A stretch of 20,390 nucleotides of DNA from positions 1-20,390 of IMG/VR virus record IMGVR_UViG_2579778982_000025; one strand, 5' to 3'. The number at the start of each line of letters is the position of its first letter. Position 1 is the first letter of the stretch. The position numbers and the translations under genes are program-made. This DNA comes from a virus (lineage: Duplodnaviria; Heunggongvirae; Uroviricota; Caudoviricetes). Positions 1 to 7,134 of the stretch are shown here, piece after piece. The notes under the pieces were generated by a model that did no database searches, was not told where the DNA came from, and saw only the letters and a list, made by a program, of their open reading frames with translations.

Positions 1-456
1 AGACTCAGCAAAATTGCTGATAACACAGGTAAGCTGGTTGATGAGACGAAAAAACGCATTGGCCCCGGTGATATTGTCTTTAAGAACCTGCCCCGCGCAC
101 TTGCTGTTCGTGGAGAGTGGCAGGAGCGGAAGATTGCGCAGGTCAGTAAGCCTGCCCCCGCAATTACTATCACACCCGTGGTTCCGGCTCCGCTGCCTCC
201 GGCGCTGGTCCCTGTTGTTGCGGCCAGCTCCCGCCCGGTGGCGGAGGCTATACGATCGTCAGTGGCATCAGTTCCTGCAAATTCCCGTAACCGGGAGCCT
301 GTTGCCTCCGGATTTGGCGGTGAAATTCATGTTCATCTGCATAACGTTGTTACACAGAATCCCCGCGAACTGGCGAAACTGGTCGGTGAAATGGTCAGGG
401 CAGAAATGGAACGGCGCGCCCGTGCCGGACGTGGCAGTTTTTACGATAAAGATTGA
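1..456 (+). CDS. phage tail protein, C-terminal part (probable tail tape measure protein; 5' end lies outside the window)
   Basis: Frame 1 is open from position 1 to TGA at 454-456; the ORF track lists only the Met-initiated tail 178..456. Pro/Ala-rich stretch then a charged C-terminus. Sits directly upstream of a gpU-like tail gene, as the tape measure does in P2-type tail modules. Identity is from position and composition only. Confidence 0.45.
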   Translation, partial: RLSKIADNTGKLVDETKKRIGPGDIVFKNLPRALAVRGEWQERKIAQVSKPAPAITITPVVPAPLPPALVPVVAASSRPVAEAIRSSVASVPANSRNREPVASGFGGEIHVHLHNVVTQNPRELAKLVGEMVRAEMERRARAGRGSFYDKD

Positions 457-462
457 GGAGTC

Positions 463-957
463 ATGGCCATGATGATGATCTACGGCATGTTTGTTTTTGA
501 GCTGCGCACATTGCCGCATCAGCAGTTACAGCAAAACAAAAGCTGGCGGCATGTGAAAAATGAGCGCGTAAACCGCTCAGCAAGCTGGCAGTATATCGGT
601 GCAGGTGATGATCGCATCGTGCTTTCTGGCGTGCTTTATCCTGAAATTACAGGTGGCGAAGTGTCGCTTTCGCTGCTGACCACGCAGGCATATACAGGAC
701 GCCCCTGGCCTCTGATTGATGGTGTCGGGCAGATTTACGGCATGTATGTCCTGACCGGAACGAATACGACCCGTTCCGAGTTTGATCGCTACGGTAAGGC
801 GAAAAAGATAGAATTTTCACTGACACTTGAACGCTGTGATGAGGATTTGCGGGAGCGCCTGCAATCCTCATCATTCAGCGATATGCTGTCCGGCTTCAAA
901 GATAAGGTGACATCATCTCTTAACAGCGCGGCCAGTTCAGTTAAAGGGATGTTCTGA
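463..957 (+). CDS. phage tail protein, P2 gpU-like
   Basis: 164-aa ORF, N-terminus MMMIYGMFVFELRTLPHQQLQ... resembles my recollection of the P2 gpU tail protein family. Starts 7 bp after the upstream stop. Exact start (463/469/472, consecutive ATGs) is uncertain. Confidence 0.65.
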   Translation: MAMMMIYGMFVFELRTLPHQQLQQNKSWRHVKNERVNRSASWQYIGAGDDRIVLSGVLYPEITGGEVSLSLLTTQAYTGRPWPLIDGVGQIYGMYVLTGTNTTRSEFDRYGKAKKIEFSLTLERCDEDLRERLQSSSFSDMLSGFKDKVTSSLNSAASSVKGMF

Positions 958-968
958 TTTAACACAAA

Positions 969-1005
969 AACCGCTAATGGTCAGATTAGCGGTTATTTTG
1001 TTTCC
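969..1005. terminator. bidirectional rho-independent terminator between gpU-like gene and invertase 1
   Basis: Perfect 10-bp stem aaccgctaat (969-978), loop ggtcag, attagcggtt (985-994), followed by attttgtttcc on the + strand and flanked by A/T on the other strand. Overlaps the invertase 1 stop codon. Confidence 0.6.
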
Positions 1006-1580
1006 TGACTCTTCTCAATTGTTCCGCTTGATTCTCCTGCGGGGTGGTAACGATAAATCGTCGATATACCAATGCCGTAAATTATTGCCAGTTGTTTTCT
1101 GTCGTGACCGTTTTTAATCAGCCTTGCTATTTGCTCATGCTGTTCTTTTGTCAGCTTCGGTCGACGTCCGCCTGTGCGCCCCCGTGCGCGCGCTGCCGCC
1201 AGTCCGGCCAGTGTACGTTCAACAATTAATTCACGTTCCATTTCAGCCAGGGCCCCCATCACGTGGAAGAAAAAACGCCCCATTGGAGAAGATGTATCTA
1301 TGCTGTCGGTCAGACTGCGAAAATTAATCCCTCGCTCCCGTAGTTCCCCGACGAGAGAAATCAGATGTTTCATGCTTCGCCCGAGGCGATCCAGTTTCCA
1401 GACAACCAGCGTGTCACCTTTTTGAAGGCGCTTTAAAGCGCGTTTTAATCCCGGTCGGTCTGTCTTTGTCCCGCTTAATTTATCTTCAAATATTTGTTCA
1501 CATCCTGCACAAACAAGAGCGTTTCGTTGCAGGTCTGTATTCTGGTCATTTGTTGATACCCTTACATAGCCAATCAGCAC
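993..1580 (-). CDS. serine recombinase, DNA invertase (Hin/Gin/Pin/Cin family), invertase 1
   Basis: Translation (M)LIGYVRVSTNDQNTDLQRNAL...VVWKLDRLGRS...GRFFFHVMGALAEMERELIVERT...GGRRPKL...STIYRYHPAG has the catalytic-Ser N-terminus and C-terminal HTH of Hin-family invertases. Preferred start is GTG at 1578-1580, preceded by GGGAG 7 nt upstream. The ORF track's 1598 start is a TTG with no RBS. The 5' end faces the left crossover site. Confidence 0.85.
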   Translation of the reverse strand: MLIGYVRVSTNDQNTDLQRNALVCAGCEQIFEDKLSGTKTDRPGLKRALKRLQKGDTLVVWKLDRLGRSMKHLISLVGELRERGINFRSLTDSIDTSSPMGRFFFHVMGALAEMERELIVERTLAGLAAARARGRTGGRRPKLTKEQHEQIARLIKNGHDRKQLAIIYGIGISTIYRYHPAGESSGTIEKSQETK

Positions 1581-1634
1581 ACTGAATCTCCCGTCCAAAA
1601 GCGCAAATCATGCCATGCAGGCCAGAAACGGCCA

Positions 1635-1660
1635 TTATCTAAAACCTCGGTTTACAGGAA
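1635..1660. repeat. left inversion crossover site (gix/hix-like, 12-bp half-sites around a TC core)
   Basis: ttatctaaaacc-tc-ggtttacaggaa. Its inverted partner at 4685-4710 (reverse complement ttctcaaaaacc-tc-ggtttgcaggaa) differs at 3 positions and has the same core dinucleotide. Matches the known architecture of Gin/Hin recombination sites. Confidence 0.8.
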
Positions 1661-2605
1661 ACGGTAAATCAGGCTTCTGGCGCATTACAGAAAAAACAGA
1701 ACGGCGCAGATATTCCAGGAAAAGATACCTTCACCAAAAATATTGGTGCCTGCCGCGCATATAGCGCATGGCTGAATATTGGTGGCAATAGTCAGACCTG
1801 GACAACCGCACAATTCATTTCGTGGCTGGAGAGTCAGGGGGCATTTAACCATCCTTACTGGATGTGCAAAGGCTCATGGGCTTATGCAAACAATAAGGTC
1901 ATTACAGATACAGGTTGTGGAAATATTTGTCTTGCAGGTGCTGTGGTGGAAGTTATTGGCACTCGCGGCGCAATGACCATACGCGTTACTACGCCGAGTA
2001 CATCCAGCGGTGGCGGAATTACTAACGCTCAATTCACCTATATTAATCATGGTGATGCTTATGCTCCTGGCTGGCGACGAGACTACAACACGAAAAACCA
2101 GCAGCCTGCATTTGCTTTAGGGCAAACAGGAAGCAGGGTTGCAAATGATAAAGCTGTTGGCTGGAACTGGAATAGCGGCGTTTATGATGCAGATATCAGT
2201 GGCGCATCGACATTAATCCTCCACTTTAATATGAATGCGGGGAGTTGCCCTGCTGTACAGTTCCGCGTGAATTATAAAAACGGCGGTATTTTTTATCGTT
2301 CAGCGCGTGATGGTTATGGATTTGAGGCTGACTGGTCAGAGTTTTACACCACGACCCGCAAACCCTCTGCGGGAGATGTTGGTGCATACACGCAGGCAGA
2401 ATGTAACTCAAGGTTTATTACAGGTATTCGCCTTGGCGGTCTGTCATCTGTTCAGACATGGAATGGTCCCGGCTGGTCTGACAGGTCAGGTTATGTCGTT
2501 ACGGGTTCAGTTAACGGAAACCGTGATGAATTAATTGATACAACTCAGGCAAGGCCAATTCAGTATTGCATTAATGGGACGTGGTATAACGCGGGGAGTA
2601 TTTAA
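1643..2605 (+). CDS. tail fibre protein, variable C-terminal module (no constant N-terminal region or start codon in this orientation)
   Basis: Frame is open from just after TAA (1640-1642) to TAA at 2603-2605 and begins inside the crossover site with codons NLGLQETVN. First ATG is only at 1862. C-terminus ...IQYCINGTWYNAGSI is typical of Mu S / P1 S / e14 Stf-type fibre tips. Followed by a Tfa gene 2 bp downstream. Confidence 0.7.
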   Translation, partial: NLGLQETVNQASGALQKKQNGADIPGKDTFTKNIGACRAYSAWLNIGGNSQTWTTAQFISWLESQGAFNHPYWMCKGSWAYANNKVITDTGCGNICLAGAVVEVIGTRGAMTIRVTTPSTSSGGGITNAQFTYINHGDAYAPGWRRDYNTKNQQPAFALGQTGSRVANDKAVGWNWNSGVYDADISGASTLILHFNMNAGSCPAVQFRVNYKNGGIFYRSARDGYGFEADWSEFYTTTRKPSAGDVGAYTQAECNSRFITGIRLGGLSSVQTWNGPGWSDRSGYVVTGSVNGNRDELIDTTQARPIQYCINGTWYNAGSI

Positions 2606-2607
2606 CG

Positions 2608-3141
2608 ATGATGCACTTAAAAAACATTACTGCTGGCAACCCTAAAACAAAAGAGCAATACCAGCTAACGAAACAATTTAACATCAAATGGCTTTATTCA
2701 GAGGATGGAAAAAACTGGTATGAGGAACAAAAGAATTTCCAGCCAGACACTTTGAAAATGGTCTATGACCATAACGGCGTTATTATTTGTATTGAAAAGG
2801 ATGTTTCAGCAATTAATCCGGAAGGCGCAAGCGTCGTTGAATTACCTGATATTACAGCAAATCGCCGGGCTGATATTTCGGGTAAATGGATGTTCAAAGA
2901 TGGCGTAGTGATAAAGCGAACTTATACCGAGGAGGAACAGAGGCAGCAGGCAGAGAATGAAAAGCAAAGCCTGTTGCAACTTGTCAGGGATAAAACCCAG
3001 CTATGGGACTCACAGCTACGGCTGGGTATCATTTCCGACGAGAATAAACAAAAATTAACCGAGTGGATGCTCTATGCGCAGAAGGTCGAATCCACAGACA
3101 CCTCCAGCCTGCCTGTAACGTTTCCAGAACAACCAGAATGA
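2608..3141 (+). CDS. tfa: tail fibre assembly protein (Tfa / Mu U-like chaperone)
   Basis: 177 aa, [40 protein letters not shown]...[22 protein letters not shown]; conserved Tfa-like N-terminal region. Immediately downstream of the fibre module. Confidence 0.8.
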   Translation: MMHLKNITAGNPKTKEQYQLTKQFNIKWLYSEDGKNWYEEQKNFQPDTLKMVYDHNGVIICIEKDVSAINPEGASVVELPDITANRRADISGKWMFKDGVVIKRTYTEEEQRQQAENEKQSLLQLVRDKTQLWDSQLRLGIISDENKQKLTEWMLYAQKVESTDTSSLPVTFPEQPE

Positions 3142-3144
3142 AAC

Positions 3145-3172
3145 AAGGCCCGCTATCGGGCCTTAATTTTTA
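3145..3172. terminator. bidirectional terminator at the centre of the invertible segment
   Basis: aaggcccg-ctat-cgggcctt hairpin followed by aattttta, between the two convergent tfa genes. Confidence 0.6.
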
Positions 3173-3700
3173 TTCAGGCTTTTGTGGCCATTCAGGATTT
3201 GCCGTATCCACACGGCTGACCAGAACACTATAGCGTTCCCATGACTCCAGTCGTGCGCGTTCCTCATCCGTCGCCATATTCAGCCTGACAGCGCGTTCCA
3301 GTGGCTGAATAACGTTTTCTGCTTCGGAAAGTAACGCGGCCTTTTGTGATTCGGCCTGTTGTTGTTGCTCGTCTGCCGTATAAATCCGTTTAACCACAGC
3401 TCCGTCCTTAAACATCCACTTCCCTGAATCATCGGCACGACGATTGGCTGTTATATCTGGAATCTCAACGACGCTAAAGCCTTCGGGATTAAGCGTTGAG
3501 GCATCTTTGGTTATGGCAACAATAATATTATTTTCGTCGTATACAATCTTTATGGTGTCGTCCTGAAAGTTATTTACTTCTTCATACCAGTTTTTACCGT
3601 CTTCGGACCATAACCAGATAACATCAAAATTCTTTGTTAGCTGATATTGTTCTTTCGTTTTAGGATTTCCAGACTTAATATTTTTTAAATGCTGCATCAT
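3170..3700 (-). CDS. tfa: tail fibre assembly protein, alternative copy (Tfa')
   Basis: 176 aa, [41 protein letters not shown]...; paralogous to 2608..3141, with a divergent C-terminal third as expected for alternative host-range cassettes. Confidence 0.8.
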   Translation of the reverse strand: MMQHLKNIKSGNPKTKEQYQLTKNFDVIWLWSEDGKNWYEEVNNFQDDTIKIVYDENNIIVAITKDASTLNPEGFSVVEIPDITANRRADDSGKWMFKDGAVVKRIYTADEQQQQAESQKAALLSEAENVIQPLERAVRLNMATDEERARLESWERYSVLVSRVDTANPEWPQKPE

Positions 3701-4765
3701 TTACACCTGTGCGACGTTATACCATGTGCCATTGATGTATTTTTGTATTGGCCTGAAGATGGCTTCATCATCGCCATCTACTTCACCAATGATTCTTAAT
3801 CCGGTAATTGCGTGTCCGGCTTTTTCATAACGACCACCACGCGCCATCAATTGAACAACACGTGTGCCAAGTCGGACATCTCTCACATAGCGTGAGTCAA
3901 AATTGCCATAATTGTCGGGAATAACTTGCGCACCACAAAGCCAGTTACCGTTATTATCCATGTACGCCTGACCATCGGTGCCATTGGCTGTCCTTGAGTT
4001 ATTAATCATGTAGATGCCAAATTGCTTGTTCCCCAGTCCACCTATCATGAACTTTCGGTCGGCGTGATTCTGGCGAAGTAACGCCTGAGCGCTATCAGTG
4101 TTAACTATATTTTTCCCAAAGATAGCGTTGTTATCGCGCATCTGAATCCACATACCATTACTGCTGTTAATAGCAAAACGGTCTGAAAGTGTCTCCCCTG
4201 AAACATTAAGACCACGCCCCATCGAAACAGCGCCAGTAGCGTTATTAATCCATAATGGCCTTAATCCGTTATAAGTCCCCATGTTGTCACCGGAGTTTGT
4301 CAACATGAAGTATGTATCTGAACCATCATTACGAATAAAGAATCCGTAATTACCATAAGCAATACGTAGGCCGTTTGCTGATTTTGATATGACTTCGCCA
4401 TTTACAATGGCATTGACAAGAACATACAAAGCATCCCATTTAAGATTCATCAGGTCTTTTGTTGTGGTACTTTGTTTGCTTCTCCATTTGAAATATTCAT
4501 TGCCGTTGTCGCCTGTCTCAAACCACATGTATGAATCAGTGTCACCATCGGCATCATTTTTAAATCCAATCTTCGCCCAGTCAGTATTTCGAATCCAAGC
4601 AAGGATTGAGTCATTTTCAAAAGTAAGCCCACCGGACAAGGTATCGCCATTCTTTTGCACGGCGTTACCAACCCTGTTTACCGTTTCCTGCAAACCGAGG
4701 TTTTTGAGAATTGCCTCTGTGTCGTCTGGACGATATTTTTTTCCGCTTTTAGCAACAATCGCGGT
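3701..4765 (-). CDS. tail fibre protein, alternative variable C-terminal module, fused to a 24-codon remnant of a constant region
   Basis: Minus-strand frame is open from the stop at 4766-4768 down to 3701. Passes through the right crossover site with the same NLGLQETVN codons as the left module. Only 24 codons (TAIVAKSGKKYRPDDTEAILKNLG) lie outside the site. C-terminus ...IQKYINGTWYNVAQV. The ORF-track start at 4693 is a TTG inside the crossover site. Confidence 0.7.
   Translation of the reverse strand, partial: TAIVAKSGKKYRPDDTEAILKNLGLQETVNRVGNAVQKNGDTLSGGLTFENDSILAWIRNTDWAKIGFKNDADGDTDSYMWFETGDNGNEYFKWRSKQSTTTKDLMNLKWDALYVLVNAIVNGEVISKSANGLRIAYGNYGFFIRNDGSDTYFMLTNSGDNMGTYNGLRPLWINNATGAVSMGRGLNVSGETLSDRFAINSSNGMWIQMRDNNAIFGKNIVNTDSAQALLRQNHADRKFMIGGLGNKQFGIYMINNSRTANGTDGQAYMDNNGNWLCGAQVIPDNYGNFDSRYVRDVRLGTRVVQLMARGGRYEKAGHAITGLRIIGEVDGDDEAIFRPIQKYINGTWYNVAQV
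4685..4710. repeat. right inversion crossover site (inverted partner of 1635-1660)
   Basis: Plus strand ttcctgcaaaccgaggtttttgagaa; reverse complement aligns to the left site with 3 mismatches. Confidence 0.8.
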
Positions 4766-4774
4766 TTAGAAAGT

Positions 4775-5329
4775 ATGCAATATGGTTATGCGAGGGTGTC
4801 AACTTTTGACCAGAATTTGGAATTACAACTGGAGGCGCTCAGGAGTTCAGGATGTGACCGGATTTTTGAAGATAAAATATCCGGTGCTAAATCAAAACGA
4901 CCAGGACTTGATAAGCTACTGAAGGTGTTACGTCCGGGCGATACGGTTATTGTCTGGAAGCTGGACCGAATGGGGCGTTCTCTGATTCATCTTGTTGATT
5001 TACTTAACCATTTTTTATCAAACAACATTGAGTTTATTTCGATTACGGAAGGGATAAAAATTAGCACTTCAATTGGCCGCTTTGCCTACACGATGCTGAG
5101 TGCAGTCGCAGAGATGGAGCGGGAAAATATGATTGAAAGAACGCGTGCAGGATTGGCGGTGGCAAGGGCTAACGGCAGGATAGGAGGACGCCGCTCAAAG
5201 CTGGCACCAGAGCAATGGGAACAGATCGGAAGGCTTATTGCGAATGGTGTTTCACGTAAGCGGATAGCGATTATCTTCGATGTTACCTTATCCACGCTTT
5301 ACCGCAGGTTTCCGGCTGGGAATCATTGA
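4775..5329 (+). CDS. serine recombinase (invertase/resolvase family), invertase 2
   Basis: MQYGYARVSTFDQNLELQLEAL...VIVWKLDRMGRS...AVAEMERENMIERT...GGRRSKL...STLYRRFPAG, 184 aa. ATG at 4775; the ORF-track 4655 start is an unsupported N-terminal extension. Candidate promoter TTGCCT (4711-4716) - N17 - TATTTT abuts the right crossover site. Clearly divergent in sequence from invertase 1. Confidence 0.8.
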   Translation: MQYGYARVSTFDQNLELQLEALRSSGCDRIFEDKISGAKSKRPGLDKLLKVLRPGDTVIVWKLDRMGRSLIHLVDLLNHFLSNNIEFISITEGIKISTSIGRFAYTMLSAVAEMERENMIERTRAGLAVARANGRIGGRRSKLAPEQWEQIGRLIANGVSRKRIAIIFDVTLSTLYRRFPAGNH

Positions 5330-5460
5330 CTGGAGTTAGGCCAGTAGTATGATGCTCGCAAAACGAGATCCAATTTAGATCCTTTTACTGGTGGATTATC
5401 GTTCGATCAGTGAGAGACTTCGTGCATGACCGAAAGTGTTGTGGTAGAGTTCTCTTAAAA

Positions 5461-5473
5461 CCACGTAACGTGG
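5461..5473. promoter_or_regulatory. operator-like palindrome CCACG-TAA-CGTGG upstream of the repA control region
   Basis: Perfect 5-3-5 inverted repeat with the same CCAC(A/G)-N3-(C/T)GTGG architecture as the sites clustered in the cI/cro intergenic region; next to a TATGAT -10-like hexamer at 5475-5480. Confidence 0.4.
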
Positions 5474-5511
5474 TTATGATTGTGGGTGTCTGGTTGGAAA
5501 CTGACCAGATA

Positions 5512-5630
5512 TGGAAACAAAAAGCCCGCAGATAAATCTGCGGGCTTCTTGCGACATCCACGGAAAACCAACAACAACAATCCATGGGCGCCTCGACAAC
5601 TCCCATTATACGTTGGTTTTCCGTGGACGC
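5512..5630 (-). ncRNA. candidate CopA-like antisense RNA of the repA leader (IncFII-type copy-number control)
   Basis: Two hairpins in the repA leader. A long stem-loop has a 15-bp stem ccacggaaaaccaac (5558-5572) / gttggttttccgtgg (5612-5626) and a ~39-nt loop. On the minus strand it is followed by aagcccgcaga-ttta-tctgcgggctt (5522-5547) and then a T-run (complement of 5509-5520), a rho-independent terminator oriented for minus-strand transcription. The RNA ends are not mapped. Confidence 0.45.
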
Positions 5631-5642
5631 AAGAGCGAACAT

Positions 5643-6491
5643 ATGGATAGACCAATGCCGTCTCTACGTTCCGCTTACGTTTGTAATTTGTCGCCGGAGT
5701 TCCAGCCTCCAAAGCACCATACGCACAAGCTGCCGCTGGTGTTATCTGATGCTTTACAGCGCATTAATGGGCGTGATCTTACGTGTGAGGTTGCGTTCTA
5801 CGTTAATCAACCGTCAGAGCGGAAGCGCCGGATAAACGAGCATCGTCGTCGGGCGATTAATGCTGTGATCGCTGCGATTTTGCACCATGTAAACATCATT
5901 TCTAAGCGGGTTCTGGCTAGTGCTGAGGCGTTGGCTGATTTTTGCGGCCTGTCTACCGTATCCGAAGCTGGGAACAAGTCTATAACGCGCTGTACAAGGG
6001 CGTTGTCGCAACTGAAAGCGTTAGGGTTTATTGATTATGAACGTCGCTGGGATCGGGTGAATAAACAGTATTGGCCAGCGAAAATAGAGATTCGTGATCA
6101 ACTGCTGGAAACCGTTGGTATTACTGAACAAGCATGGAGACGTGCGGTTAGCCAGAAACTTAATTACTTCAATGCGAAGAATAGCGAACGGCTTAAAAAA
6201 GCGATAACGGAGGCTGATTATAAGCGTATTGTTATTCAGGAGCAGATGGAGAATGTATGGCGTCAGAGGAAGACGGCCAGAGAGATAAAGGCAAAACAGA
6301 AAGCAGCGGAGAGAGCTGCGCGTCTTGTTCGGGAAAAGGGAGAGGCCGAACTTCGTCATCAAATCACTAGAGAGGTTAGCCAGGAATTTGCTGATGGCAT
6401 GTATCCTGGAGCTGACCTTGCATATTTACGATCCCTCGTTGAGCAGCGTTATAACAGGTTAAGAAAGACCTGGAAATCACTCCAACATTAA
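5643..6491 (+). CDS. repA: plasmid replication initiator RepA (IncFII RepA1-like)
   Basis: ...GNKSITRCTRALSQLKALGFIDYERRWD... resembles the R100/R1 RepA1 motif (..KLSITRATRALTFLSELGLITYQ..), with an Arg/Lys-rich C-terminal half. Preceded by antisense-RNA-like hairpins and followed by a DnaA box plus AT-rich region. Start at ATG 5643 (MDRPMPSLRS...) is preferred because the ORF-track start at 5511 lies inside the antisense terminator hairpin. An IncFII-type leader peptide may exist in another frame ending at 5648-5650, but I cannot place its start. Confidence 0.75.
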   Translation: MDRPMPSLRSAYVCNLSPEFQPPKHHTHKLPLVLSDALQRINGRDLTCEVAFYVNQPSERKRRINEHRRRAINAVIAAILHHVNIISKRVLASAEALADFCGLSTVSEAGNKSITRCTRALSQLKALGFIDYERRWDRVNKQYWPAKIEIRDQLLETVGITEQAWRRAVSQKLNYFNAKNSERLKKAITEADYKRIVIQEQMENVWRQRKTAREIKAKQKAAERAARLVREKGEAELRHQITREVSQEFADGMYPGADLAYLRSLVEQRYNRLRKTWKSLQH

Positions 6492-6599
6492 CCCACCTTA
6501 ATGATGAATCCGGTTTTACCGGAGGATTATCTACGTCGCAATAAAATATCTGTTCAAAAAACAAGCTAAATTAATTTTCTCTAAACCTGAACACAGCAA

Positions 6600-6740
6600 A
6601 AATATCGCCTTCACAGGCATCGGCTAATAAAGTTATCCACAGTTTTGATATGTATATGCAAATGGTTTTTTATAATAGATGCACTAAACAAATAAATGCA
6701 AAATCACTTTCTTTTATTAAGACTTTCTTTATTTAACTTA
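6600..6740. other. putative replication origin (DnaA box plus AT-rich unwinding region)
   Basis: Perfect DnaA box TTATCCACA at 6633-6641, ~140 bp downstream of repA, followed by ~100 bp of very AT-rich sequence (6642-6740). Matches the repA-then-oriR layout of IncFII replicons. Confidence 0.5.
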
Positions 6741-7134
6741 CGCAGGCTTTGCCTGTGAATATGTTCGCCCTTGCAGCGAGCTAAAGCTCGCGCCGGTTCG
6801 AGTCGCTACGCTCAAATATACCTCCTCCGGCACTTGCCGGAGGCATGGAGCAGCCTGATCATCCTTTTCGAAACGGCGCGTTTCGAACTATACAAAATCA
6901 ATTTATATAAGGCCGAAATGAGGCCTACGGCCGGGCTTTGCAGGAGGAAGGAGCGAGCCTTATCGATAAACGTCGATAAATACGCACACAGTAGCCATCA
7001 GAACGCGATAAAACGTAAGAAACATCATTTCCTATTAGACATAGAAAACTTGTCTTATACGCAATGTAGTAAATTTCTATTGCCACATAGGAAAAGATTT
7101 CCTACCATCGTAGATATAATAAATGGAGATGGTT

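Noticed and set aside
14-472. 152-aa ORF in a second frame over the tape measure C-terminal region
   Set aside because: Arg/Leu/Trp-rich low-complexity translation overlapping the frame that is open from position 1 and ends next to the gpU-like gene. Judged an overlapping spurious frame.
1862-2605. ATG at 1862 as the start of the left fibre module
   Set aside because: The frame is open from 1643 and enters the crossover site with the same codons as the right module, so the coding unit is the inversion cassette, not a Met-initiated gene. The ATG is internal.
4655-4774. N-terminal extension of invertase 2 (ORF track start 4655)
   Set aside because: It would run through the crossover site and lacks the conserved recombinase N-terminus, which begins at MQYGYARVST (ATG 4775).
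5511-5642. N-terminal extension of repA from the ATG at 5511 (ORF track 5511..6491, METKSPQINL...)
   Set aside because: This stretch runs through the antisense-RNA terminator hairpin and leader stem-loops, and its composition is unlike the rest of RepA. The ATG at 5643 gives a RepA1-length protein (282 aa).
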